Part shown: positions 1 through 8,837 of the stretch, piece after piece
How the letters are laid out: the number at the start of each line of letters is the position of its first letter
Position numbering within the stretch: position 1 is the stretch's first letter
NCBI RefSeq assembly: GCF_000703005.1
Contig: NZ_JNLH01000001.1
Coordinates: forward strand, 2,255,542-2,319,541
Length of the DNA: 64,000 nucleotides
Origin: Pseudobutyrivibrio ruminis HUN009
Lineage (GTDB): Bacteria; Bacillota; Clostridia; Lachnospirales; Lachnospiraceae
Reading direction: 5' to 3'
The notes under the pieces: generated by a model
What the model was told of the DNA's origin: nothing
What the model saw: only the letters and a program-made list of their open reading frames with translations
Databases searched by the model: none
Translations under genes and position numbers: made by a program

Positions 1-339
1 CTTGAATGAGAAGTTCTTATCTGCAAATTCCTCATCAACATACTTGATAACAGCTTCAGCCATTTTATCAAAGCCTTCGTCTGGCACAACAACTGTAGGA
101 CAAATAGCACTGATACCAAATACATGCTGTAAAGCTGCGACTGCATCATCATAATCGTATTCACCTTCTACAGAAACCAAAATACGACCGCTCTGCTTCT
201 TAACCACAAAGTGGCCATCTACACCATAAAGTGCTCTTTTAATCTGGTGAACCAAGGCATCCTCAAACACGTAACGGTTCTTACCTTTGACACCAATCTC
301 TGAATATTTAATCAAAAATGCTTGATATGTCATTAATAA
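1..339 (-). CDS. thiI: tRNA 4-thiouridine synthase ThiI, N-terminal (THUMP) portion only; gene continues beyond the left edge
   Basis: Minus-strand translation starting at 339 reads MTYQAFLIKYSEIGVKGKNRYVFEDALVHQIKRAL..., which matches the ThiI N-terminal pattern (xYxxxLIRYGEIxLKGxNR). It lies directly downstream of a cysteine desulfurase gene, as in Firmicutes iscS-thiI pairs. It is absent from the ORF track because it is truncated by the window edge. Confidence 0.6.
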
Positions 340-356
340 TCTCCTTTAGATTATAT

Positions 357-1505
357 TTATAAAACCATCATAGGAACCAATTCAGTCATTGCTTTAATTG
401 CTTCCTCAATTTCTTCCATTGTATTTTCAGGACAAAAGCTAAAACGTATAGTACGCTCCAATAAATCCTTTTCCAATCCAATAGCTTTTAATGTCTCACT
501 GATAGCTGGCTTGTTTGAAGAACATGCTGAACCAGCTGAAACATAAATTCCATAAGTATCCTGAAGTGCATTCAGCATGACCTGTGCTCTAGTACGGTTT
601 CCTTTGATGGAAACGCTAACAATCTGAGGGGCACTATTTTCATCGTGGTGGCCATTTACAGTGACACCATCGATAGCTGTAAGTCCTTCGATAAGTCTAA
701 ACTTCATTTCATACATATGCTTTCTAGAAGCTTCAAGATTATCATATGCTTCCTTTGCAGCAACTCCAAGGGCGGCAATAGCTGGAACGTTTTCTGTACC
801 AGATCGCATGCCATTTTCGTGTCCTCCTCCAAGAATTTGGGGAACGACTCGTACTTTGTCTTTGATATATATAAATCCAGAACCCTTTGGTCCATGAATC
901 TTGTGACCACTAACTGTAAGAATATCCATCCCCATCTTCTTTGGAATGATATTCATTTTACCGAATGCCTGAATAGCATCCACATGGAAAATGATATCCG
1001 GATTGGCCGCCTTAATGATTTTGGCAGCCTCTTCTATTGGCTGAAGACTACCGATTTCATTATTTACCATCATGATTGATACAAAAATGGTATCTGGTCT
1101 GATTGCAGCTTTAAGCTCATCTAAATCAATAACACCATATTTGTCAGTGCCAAGATAGGTTACATCAAAGCCTTCTTTTTCAAGTGCTTTAACTGGGTTC
1201 AAAACACTTGCGTGCTCAATCTTTGTAGTGATAATGTGATTGCCAAGACGTTTTCTAGCCTCCACACCACCTTTTATTGCAAGGTTATTGCCTTCTGTTC
1301 CACCTGAAGTAAAATAGATTTCCTTAGGCTGGCACTTTAAAATACCGGCAATAATCTCTCTGGATGTTTTAAGGTAATCCTTTCCTTTGTAACCCATATT
1401 GTGTAAAGATGAAGGATTTCCATAGTTTACCTGCAAAGCTTCCTGCATTATTTTAAGCGCACCATCAGAACATCTAGTGGTGGCTGAATTATCAAAGTAT
1501 ATCAT
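357..1505 (-). CDS. iscS: cysteine desulfurase (NifS/IscS family, class V aminotransferase)
   Basis: MIYFDNSATT N-terminus and the SGHKIHGPKGSGFIYIK PLP-lysine motif. The C-terminal region (CSSNKPAISETLKAIGL) is consistent with NifS/IscS-type cysteine desulfurases. I take the start as the internal MIYFDNSATT Met, giving a 4-bp ATGA overlap with rsmE, rather than the longer ORF-track start. Confidence 0.85.
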   Translation of the reverse strand: MIYFDNSATTRCSDGALKIMQEALQVNYGNPSSLHNMGYKGKDYLKTSREIIAGILKCQPKEIYFTSGGTEGNNLAIKGGVEARKRLGNHIITTKIEHASVLNPVKALEKEGFDVTYLGTDKYGVIDLDELKAAIRPDTIFVSIMMVNNEIGSLQPIEEAAKIIKAANPDIIFHVDAIQAFGKMNIIPKKMGMDILTVSGHKIHGPKGSGFIYIKDKVRVVPQILGGGHENGMRSGTENVPAIAALGVAAKEAYDNLEASRKHMYEMKFRLIEGLTAIDGVTVNGHHDENSAPQIVSVSIKGNRTRAQVMLNALQDTYGIYVSAGSACSSNKPAISETLKAIGLEKDLLERTIRFSFCPENTMEEIEEAIKAMTELVPMMVL

Positions 1506-2242
1506 TGTAGTTCCAATTCCTCGCTTTTTAGCATTAACATACTGAGTGAACAAATCGCTGCAGTTTCAGTTCTAAGTATTCTTCTGCCTAAAGATATAAG
1601 CTTGCATTTATCCTTTACAAGCTCGATTTCAGACTCATCGAATCCTCCTTCAGGCCCAATAAATATACCAACACTCTGTCCCTTTTGCAAACTGTTAATA
1701 ACGTCGTAAGTATCTTTCATGCCATTTTTGCTTTCGTAAGGAAGCAAAAGCAAATCAAGATTTGCCGCATATTCCATAGCTTCTTTAAAGGAAAGCACAT
1801 CATGAATATTTGGTACGATAGAACGTTTTGACTGTTTTGCTGCTGTAAGTGCAACCGTCTGATATCTAGAAAGCTTATTCTTTTTCTTTTTATCATCAAG
1901 CTTTACTATACAGTTTTTCATTTGAACAGGGATAATTTCGTATACTCCAAGTTCAACAGTTTTTTCGATGATAGTTTCCATTTTATCCCCTTTAGGAATA
2001 GCCTGGAAAAGATATATTTTATTTGAAAGCTCAGTAGAATTTACCTGTTCAGTAACATCAACTAAAAGCTCTTTATCCAAAATATCACTAACAGAGCAAA
2101 GATAATTATTGCCCGAAGCAGTAGAAACACGGATAATTTCACCTTTTTTAATGCGTACTACACGCACCAAATGATGCATGTCATCACCTGTAACAGTAAA
2201 TCTTCCTTCTATTGGCTCTTCATTAACAAATATTTGCTGCAT
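1502..2242 (-). CDS. rsmE: 16S rRNA (uracil1498-N3)-methyltransferase RsmE
   Basis: MQQIFVNEEPIEG...HHLVRVVRIKKGEIIRV PUA-like N-terminus and a GPEGGFDESEIEL motif typical of RsmE, in the conserved position next to prmA. Confidence 0.8.
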   Translation of the reverse strand: MQQIFVNEEPIEGRFTVTGDDMHHLVRVVRIKKGEIIRVSTASGNNYLCSVSDILDKELLVDVTEQVNSTELSNKIYLFQAIPKGDKMETIIEKTVELGVYEIIPVQMKNCIVKLDDKKKKNKLSRYQTVALTAAKQSKRSIVPNIHDVLSFKEAMEYAANLDLLLLPYESKNGMKDTYDVINSLQKGQSVGIFIGPEGGFDESEIELVKDKCKLISLGRRILRTETAAICSLSMLMLKSEELELQ

Positions 2243-2246
2243 ACTA

Positions 2247-3203
2247 TTATTTACGAGCGGTAATATTTACCCACTCACCCTGATAATTAATCTCAACTAT
2301 AGTAAGTCCAACTGCTTCAAGAGCTTCTTTTACTTCATTCTCCTTGAAGTTGATAATTCCAGAAGAAATGAAATAAGCTCCCTTTTTCAATGTTGGATAA
2401 ATAGCTGGCGCCATGCCGATGATGATGTCTGCAAGAATATTTGCAACAACTACATCATATTTTTCATAGCCCACCTTGTCCTGTAAATCCTTATCCTCAG
2501 TAAGATTTCCAACATAGAAATCTCCTGCATCCTTTGAAATATGATTTACTTCGAAGTTTTCGTATGTCGATTCGATACAATCTTCATCGATATCTGTACC
2601 AACGATATGGCACTTACCATCTAAAAGCTTATTAGCAATAATAGAAAGGATACCGCTGCCACAACCAATATCAAGAATCTCATCACCTGCTTTAAGGTAT
2701 TTTTTGAGCTGTCTAATGCAAAGCTGAGTTGTCTCATGCTTTCCTGTACCGAAAGAAACACCTGGATCTATTTCAACAACAAGATTATCCTTTGCATCTG
2801 CTGGGATTTCCTCCCATGTAGGCTTGATAAGGATATCTTCGATATAGAAGGCCTTAAAGAATTCCTTCCAGTTATTAACCCAATCCTCTTGCTTTGTGAT
2901 AGATGTATCGATTGTTCCTTCACCGATATCCATCATATCCTTAAGCTCTGCTAAGCCTGCCTTTACCTCAGAAAGCTTTGACTCATGATCCTCATCCTCT
3001 CCTAAATAAAAGCAAACTCTAGATGTACCGTCATCATCTGGCAAATCAGGCTGAAGCTCTTTGAATTCTCCACCCTGCTTTTCGCCAGAAACTGGAACAT
3101 TATTTTCAATTTCAATTGAGACAATATCGAGCTCCATCAGCATTGCACTAACAAAATCCTCTGCCTCAGTTGTTGTATTTATAGAATATTTAATCCAATT
3201 CAT
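2247..3203 (-). CDS. prmA: ribosomal protein L11 methyltransferase PrmA
   Basis: MNWIKYSI start preceded by a GAGGTAAAT Shine-Dalgarno site, and an ILDIGCGSGILSIIA SAM-binding motif. The ORF-track N-extension (MCFFEVN) is rejected. Confidence 0.85.
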   Translation of the reverse strand: MNWIKYSINTTTEAEDFVSAMLMELDIVSIEIENNVPVSGEKQGGEFKELQPDLPDDDGTSRVCFYLGEDEDHESKLSEVKAGLAELKDMMDIGEGTIDTSITKQEDWVNNWKEFFKAFYIEDILIKPTWEEIPADAKDNLVVEIDPGVSFGTGKHETTQLCIRQLKKYLKAGDEILDIGCGSGILSIIANKLLDGKCHIVGTDIDEDCIESTYENFEVNHISKDAGDFYVGNLTEDKDLQDKVGYEKYDVVVANILADIIIGMAPAIYPTLKKGAYFISSGIINFKENEVKEALEAVGLTIVEINYQGEWVNITARK

Positions 3204-3251
3204 ATTTACCTCAAAAAAACACATATCAGAATAATCTGATATGTGTCAATT

Positions 3252-4106
3252 CTACTTTGCTCCTTGTTTTGCAACAATATCTTCCTTAAGCTCTAAGCAC
3301 TTATCCTTAAGCTTTCTGGAAGTACTTGGTGACTGAATAAGTCTTGCGATAAGCTTCATAGCTGCATCGTATTTCTTGTAGTGAACTGACATATTAGCAA
3401 GCATGTATTCAACTGCCTCTGATGCCATTCCGCAATATGGAGGTGTTTCTGATGAAACTGCCTTCATAAATCCTTCGTATGCCTGTGAGTAGAAACCTTC
3501 GTATTCTTTTTGAATCATATCTACAATCTTTGGATCAGCATCCTTGTTTCCCTCAAGCTCCTTAAGCTGCGCTCTACGAAGCCATGCAATCTTAAGGCAA
3601 ACATAAGCCTTTTCAGACATCTTTGCACGCTTTTTCATAGTACAAATCAATGCAAGCTTGAACTTTTCGATTGAATACTCGTATGAATATGTCTCAGGAA
3701 GTGCTGTCTCCTTCTGTGGCTTAAAGCTTGGACAGAACTCAGCTCTGATAAGCTTTACACGTGCTGTGTCAATCTTAGCAAATGTAGTATCGAGAGCAGA
3801 ATAGCCGCAGTTTGGGCATGACATAAAGTCGTATTTGCACTTATCAACATGCTCGTAATTAGGTCTTAAATCGAAATCAGGCTCTAATCTCTTGAGCTTT
3901 GTAGTAAGCACAGCCTTTATTGGAAATTCCTTATCACAAACTGGACATCTAACCTTTTTATCGATAATAAAATCTTTCTCAGTTTTAACAACAGGAGCCG
4001 CAGCTGTCTTTTGTGCAGCATCCTTCTTAGGCTTGTCGTCCGCCAAAATATCAAGCTCTCCGTCCATAGAGAAGCCGAATTTTTCCATTCCAGATAATAA
4101 ATTCAT
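3252..4106 (-). CDS. DUF2225-like protein with two CxxC zinc-ribbon pairs and a helical repeat region
   Basis: CPVCDKEF...CPNCGYSALD motifs followed by TPR-like helical segments; resembles the DUF2225 family. No catalytic motifs are visible. Confidence 0.45.
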   Translation of the reverse strand: MNLLSGMEKFGFSMDGELDILADDKPKKDAAQKTAAAPVVKTEKDFIIDKKVRCPVCDKEFPIKAVLTTKLKRLEPDFDLRPNYEHVDKCKYDFMSCPNCGYSALDTTFAKIDTARVKLIRAEFCPSFKPQKETALPETYSYEYSIEKFKLALICTMKKRAKMSEKAYVCLKIAWLRRAQLKELEGNKDADPKIVDMIQKEYEGFYSQAYEGFMKAVSSETPPYCGMASEAVEYMLANMSVHYKKYDAAMKLIARLIQSPSTSRKLKDKCLELKEDIVAKQGAK

Positions 4107-4144
4107 TTTGCAATCCTTTTCTAATAGATTACTAAATCTATAAC

Positions 4145-5815
4145 TTAGTTGTTTGTAGGCAATTTAAATGAGCTCTTTAAAGAAACAATTCTATTAAACA
4201 CTAATGCATCTGGCTTTGAATCTTTACAATCAACGCAGAAGAATCCTTGTCTAACAAATTGGAAACTATCATAAGCCTTGGCATCCTTAAGAGATGGCTC
4301 AACAAGACAATCTTTAAGAACTGTAAGTGAGTTTGGATTAAGATTTAAACTACCATCCTCATTATACACTCCTTTTTCTTCATCTACAATGTTTTCATAG
4401 AGACGAACCTCTGCCTTAAGAGCTGTCTTAGCTGCAACCCAGTGAATTGTTCCCTTAACCTTACGTCCATCAGGAGCATCGCCACCCTTTGTAGCTGGGT
4501 CATATGTACAGTGAATGCATGTAACCTTGCCGTTTTCATCTGTCTCATAGCTTGTGCATGTTACAAAGTATGCATTCATTAAACGTACTTCATTGCCTGG
4601 ATAAAGTCTGAAATACTTCTTAGGAGGCTCAATCATGAAGTCCTCTCTATCGATGTAAAGCTCCTTGCCAAATGGAACCTGTCTGCTACCAAGCTCAGGA
4701 TTCTCAAGGTTGTTTGGAGCATCGAGCCATTCAACATCGTCGCTCTCATAATTATCAATAACAAGCTTAACTGGATCAAGAACGGCCATAACACGACCAC
4801 GGCTTGTCTTTAAGTCTTCTCTGATGCAGTACTCAAGCATTGCATAATCAGATGAAGAATTAGCCTTTGATACGCCAGAAAGCTCAACGAATTTTCTGAT
4901 TGATGAAGGTGTAAAACCACGACGTCTAAGAGCTGCGATTGAAACAAGACGTGGATCATCCCAACCATCTACAATTCCATCTTCAACAAGCTTTTTGATA
5001 TATCTCTTTCCTGTAACAACATTTGTAAGATACATCTTTGCAAACTCAATCTGACGAGGTGGATTAGGGAAGCCTGCCGACTTAACAACCCAATCATATA
5101 GAGGTCTGTGATCCTCAAACTCTAATGTACAGATTGAATGTGTGATACCTTCAAATGCATCCTCAAGTGGATGAGCGAAATCGTACATTGGGTAGATACA
5201 CCATTTATCACCTGTATTGTGATGTGTCATATGAGCAACTCTGTAGAGAATTGGATCTCTCATATTGATGTTAGGTGAAGCCATATCGATTTTTGCTCTA
5301 AGAGTATGACTACCATCCTCGTACTTACCAGCCTTCATATCTTCGAACATAGCAAGGTTTTCTTCGATAGAACGATTTCTGTTTGGATCTTCCTTACCTG
5401 GGTGCTCGAAGTCACCACGATATTCTCTCATCTCATCAGCTTTAAGATCAGATACGTAAGCAAGGCCCTTCTTGATAAGGTCAACTGCTACTTCGTACAT
5501 TCTGTCAAAGTAATTTGAAGCGAAATAGAGATGCTCACCCCAATCAGCTCCTAACCACTGAATATCTGCCTTAATTGAATCAACGAACTCTACCTTTTCC
5601 TTTGTAGGGTTTGTGTCGTCGAATCTCATGTGGAACTCACCGTTGTATTTCTCAGCGAGACCATAGTTTAAAAGAATTGACTTTGCATGACCAATGTGCA
5701 AATAACCATTTGGCTCAGGTGGGAAACGTGTACAAACATGGTCGTAAACGCCCTCCTTTAAATCCTTGTCAATTTCAAGCTCGATAAAATTTTTGCTAAC
5801 TACTTCTTCACTCAT
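4145..5815 (-). CDS. glnS: glutamine--tRNA ligase (GlnRS)
   Basis: [18 protein letters not shown] class-I HIGH motif typical of GlnRS, VMSKR-region equivalents, 556 aa. Confidence 0.85.
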   Translation of the reverse strand: MSEEVVSKNFIELEIDKDLKEGVYDHVCTRFPPEPNGYLHIGHAKSILLNYGLAEKYNGEFHMRFDDTNPTKEKVEFVDSIKADIQWLGADWGEHLYFASNYFDRMYEVAVDLIKKGLAYVSDLKADEMREYRGDFEHPGKEDPNRNRSIEENLAMFEDMKAGKYEDGSHTLRAKIDMASPNINMRDPILYRVAHMTHHNTGDKWCIYPMYDFAHPLEDAFEGITHSICTLEFEDHRPLYDWVVKSAGFPNPPRQIEFAKMYLTNVVTGKRYIKKLVEDGIVDGWDDPRLVSIAALRRRGFTPSSIRKFVELSGVSKANSSSDYAMLEYCIREDLKTSRGRVMAVLDPVKLVIDNYESDDVEWLDAPNNLENPELGSRQVPFGKELYIDREDFMIEPPKKYFRLYPGNEVRLMNAYFVTCTSYETDENGKVTCIHCTYDPATKGGDAPDGRKVKGTIHWVAAKTALKAEVRLYENIVDEEKGVYNEDGSLNLNPNSLTVLKDCLVEPSLKDAKAYDSFQFVRQGFFCVDCKDSKPDALVFNRIVSLKSSFKLPTNN

Positions 5816-5853
5816 TATCTATTTATTGTCCCTTCAATAATTATATTTTAGAT

Positions 5854-6720
5854 TTATCTAATGTGATTGTGTGTAAACAAATGATCGCTGCAATATTCGT
5901 AATTTCCATTACATTTACTGCAGAATCTGAACTCCAAACCTGGGTTTGTAAGTTCTGTACGTCCACATACTGCACATTTATGTCTCGCGATAGGCGTGCC
6001 GTCACGGTACTGAGTTCGTGGTGGCGTTACCTGTCGTTTAAACTCGTTACGTCTATGGATGTCCTTTGGATTGAACCTCGCCATATTTCTAGTCATCATA
6101 AAGAAGATGAAGAAATTGAGTAGTGATGCAATCACTGGTACCGCTGCGAAAAATGCGCCTGCCATACAATATCTGACTACTTCGTATCCGATAATAACCA
6201 AATAGAAAATAGACATCCATTTCATCTTGATTGGTATGATGAAATATAAAAGCACCTGCATATCTGGGAAGCATGTAGAAAATGCAAGGAAAATAGAAAG
6301 ATTAATGTAGTAAGTGCTGGTAATCTGTCCTATATAGCCTACAGGTAATGCTCCACCATAAATAAAGTATGTAATAAACGCTCCAAGTAGGGTGAAAACC
6401 ATACCACCAAAAATATATACATTAAAGCGGAAAGCCCCCCATGTACGCTCTAGAGTCTGTCCTAATTGATAGTAAAGCATAAACATGATGACTGCCCAAA
6501 TAATGCTGGTATCAGGTGGAATGATAACCCACGAAATAAGTCGCCAGATTTGCCCATGGAGAATATAATATGGCTCCAGACTGAGAAAATTAAGATAAGG
6601 AACCCCGGTAAATCTCTGTCCAAAATATAATAAATATCCGATGGCGTATCCGCCAAGCAAATAAACTATCAAATTATTTATGGCGTATCGGCCAAATTTC
6701 TTCTCTAATTTGTCTAACAA
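5854..6720 (-). CDS. rhomboid-fold polytopic membrane protein lacking the catalytic Ser/His, with a C-terminal Cys4 zinc ribbon
   Basis: GQIWRLISW aligns with the rhomboid TM2 ExWRL motif. LGQTLERTWGAFRF aligns with rhomboid LGxxxExxxGxxRF. IFGGMVFTLLGAF sits where the GxSG catalytic Ser motif should be and has no Ser. CMAGAFF sits where the AHxGG catalytic His motif should be and has no His. The C-terminal tail carries CAVCGRTE...CSKCNGNYEYC. Confidence 0.45.
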   Translation of the reverse strand: MLDKLEKKFGRYAINNLIVYLLGGYAIGYLLYFGQRFTGVPYLNFLSLEPYYILHGQIWRLISWVIIPPDTSIIWAVIMFMLYYQLGQTLERTWGAFRFNVYIFGGMVFTLLGAFITYFIYGGALPVGYIGQITSTYYINLSIFLAFSTCFPDMQVLLYFIIPIKMKWMSIFYLVIIGYEVVRYCMAGAFFAAVPVIASLLNFFIFFMMTRNMARFNPKDIHRRNEFKRQVTPPRTQYRDGTPIARHKCAVCGRTELTNPGLEFRFCSKCNGNYEYCSDHLFTHNHIR

Positions 6721-6821
6721 AGTAAAACCTCCAAGTAAAAAACGACATAAATATAGACTTTAAAGATTATACCTCTTTAAAGCCTATGTTATCAACTAGA
6801 TTTTTAGAATTAATAGTAATA

Positions 6822-7874
6822 TCACTGGGAATTAGTATACTTAAAAACATTCGTGTTATCTATACGTTCATAAGGAACATAATAATATTTACCATCCTCC
6901 ATTTGGATATCCTCTGGCGGTCTTCCATCTATTGCAATTCCCATAGACAATTCAGCTATAATTCGCCCCTTTTCCTTAGCGTTATTCAAAGCAGTACCTT
7001 CGATTTTGCCTTCCGAAATGTCTAAAAGAACCTCTTCCTGACCATTCACTCCCACTATTAAAGGATTGTTTTGTACTCCAAATTCAGTCAATGCATCCAA
7101 AGCACCGAGAGCCATATTGTCATCGTTAGCAAGAACAAGCTCGATTTGTCTAGGATATCCTGCCAGCATAGATGTCATTTTAGTTTGGGCCTGTTTTCTA
7201 TCCCAATTTGCGATTTCATCTCCAAGCATTTCCATCTCGTATCCTGCAGCTTTTATGGTTTCTACAGAAACTCTGCTTCGAAGGATTGCATCTTGATGGC
7301 CAGCCTCACCCTCTAAAAGAACATATTGTATGATGCCATCTCCATTAACATCTATCTCATCAAATCGTTCATTCAAGGCGTCAATAACAATCTGCCCCTG
7401 TATCTTTCCGCTATCTTCAGGTCTGGCTCCAACATAATAAAGCTTATTAAAGCGCTTTAAATCATCCTCTACAAGCTCACGGTTAAAGAAAATGATCGGA
7501 ACATCAGCCGATTTAGCAGCCTCAATTATCACTGAAGGGTCAGTTCTATCAACAAGGTTTACGCAGATAACGTCATAGTTTTTGTCAATAAAATCAATAA
7601 CCTGGTCGTTTTGTACCAACTGGTTCTTGCCAGAATATACAACAGTACTATCTACTTCTAAATCATTTTCCGTACCATAGGCAGCAAGATAATCCTCGAT
7701 ATTATGCCTGATTTCTTCTGTAAAAGGATCATACTGATTGTACATAGTAATTCCAACCCTTATTACCTGAGGTTCAGTCTTTTCCTTGGATTGAACCATA
7801 TGGTAGCCCCCAAAAATACCGCCAGCCACAGCAATTAATGCTATTCCACACAAAAATAACCTTCTCTTACTCAT
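6822..7874 (-). CDS. membrane-anchored periplasmic sugar-binding protein, MglB (galactose/glucose-binding)-like; probable sensor partner of the adjacent histidine kinase
   Basis: N-terminal TM segment (LFLCGIALIAVAGGIFGG), then long collinear similarity to E. coli MglB (IRVGITMYNQYDPF, VICVNLVD, PIIFFNRE, YYVGARPEDSGKIQGQ, QYVLLEGEAGHQDA, LANDDNMALGALDAL). Confidence 0.65.
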   Translation of the reverse strand: MSKRRLFLCGIALIAVAGGIFGGYHMVQSKEKTEPQVIRVGITMYNQYDPFTEEIRHNIEDYLAAYGTENDLEVDSTVVYSGKNQLVQNDQVIDFIDKNYDVICVNLVDRTDPSVIIEAAKSADVPIIFFNRELVEDDLKRFNKLYYVGARPEDSGKIQGQIVIDALNERFDEIDVNGDGIIQYVLLEGEAGHQDAILRSRVSVETIKAAGYEMEMLGDEIANWDRKQAQTKMTSMLAGYPRQIELVLANDDNMALGALDALTEFGVQNNPLIVGVNGQEEVLLDISEGKIEGTALNNAKEKGRIIAELSMGIAIDGRPPEDIQMEDGKYYYVPYERIDNTNVFKYTNSQ

Positions 7875-7883
7875 TACATCCTC

Positions 7884-8837
7884 TTATTTAACAAATGGAA
7901 ATAGGATTTTTTCATACTCCTCTGAATAAATCTGTTCTTTATTGATTATGTAATAAAGAGGCACGCCTTCATCAGAAACCTTTTCTCCATTATTAAGCAC
8001 AGCCTTTACCGCCAAATACCCCATCGTGTAATCATCTTTGCAAGCAAGAGCCTGAATCAAGCCACTGTCGAGATAATAAACAGCCGCCTGTCTATCGTCG
8101 ACTCCATAAATTGCAAAATCAGATTTTTGATCAATCCCCAATGACATTGCAGAATCAAGCACATTATCATCCAGCAGAATCATTCCACTATACAAACCAG
8201 ATCTATAAATATTGTAAATATGGTTTATCAAGGAGCTGTCGTCCATTGTGACAAGTTCCTTTTTCAAATAAACCTCTGAATCTTCTACTGATTCTTCTAG
8301 TCCATGGATAAAATTGCAGTTGTTCACCGATTCATTGCTGTACATAACATACAACGCCCCAGTAAGCCCACTATCAATAATGTATTTTCCATAGTCGGAA
8401 CCCATTGAATAGTCATCAGCTATGATAGAGTATTTATCATCATCACAATTTCCATTCTTTACAAATCTAACTTTGTTTTTTAGCCCCTGTTCTTTGATAT
8501 AAGTGTACAACTCATCATAAAAGCCTGAGGCAACATATACATATTCTGCTCCCTCGTATATCTGTCTATTGATTAACTCAATTTCTCCTTCCACCCCAGC
8601 AGATGTAGGACTATTCAAAAATGTAACCTGACACTTATTATCCAGCGCAGCTGTTTCTGCACCAGATTTTAATGTTTCCCAATCATCCAGATTGTCTCCA
8701 GTCACAACAAATGAAATACGCTCATCCTCGCCCTCAAATACGCTTGAGTTGGCGTATACATAAAACTCACCAATGATTAACAAGAGAAGAACCAGGAACA
8801 TGCCGATAAAGAATCTATTTCGTCTCATTTCCGTCAC
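7884..8837 (-). CDS. membrane-anchored periplasmic-binding-protein (PBP1) fold protein, XylFII-like sensor partner of the histidine kinase
   Basis: N-terminal TM segment (FFIGMFLVLLLLII) followed by a PBP type-1 like domain. Sits immediately downstream of the LytS/YesM-type kinase with a 23-bp overlap, as in XylFII-LytS-YesN systems. Confidence 0.5.
   Translation of the reverse strand: MTEMRRNRFFIGMFLVLLLLIIGEFYVYANSSVFEGEDERISFVVTGDNLDDWETLKSGAETAALDNKCQVTFLNSPTSAGVEGEIELINRQIYEGAEYVYVASGFYDELYTYIKEQGLKNKVRFVKNGNCDDDKYSIIADDYSMGSDYGKYIIDSGLTGALYVMYSNESVNNCNFIHGLEESVEDSEVYLKKELVTMDDSSLINHIYNIYRSGLYSGMILLDDNVLDSAMSLGIDQKSDFAIYGVDDRQAAVYYLDSGLIQALACKDDYTMGYLAVKAVLNNGEKVSDEGVPLYYIINKEQIYSEEYEKILFPFVK

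Noticed and set aside
645-1079. Several antisense or out-of-frame ORFs of 60-180 aa lying wholly inside strong genes (for example 645..1079, 661..897, 18782..19321, 25616..25948, 35461..35898, 40095..40508, 44708..45058)
   Set aside because: Each is fully embedded in a longer ORF on the other strand or frame that has clear family motifs. They have low-complexity or serine/leucine-rich translations typical of shadow ORFs and no ribosome-binding sites.
1506-1553. Extended N-termini proposed by the ORF track for iscS (357..1553), prmA (..3224), the DUF234 ATPase (..38693), asd (..39943), ispA (..53846) and the PPTase (..20806)
   Set aside because: In each case an internal Met with a good Shine-Dalgarno site reproduces the family-typical N-terminus and removes implausible overlaps with the upstream gene.
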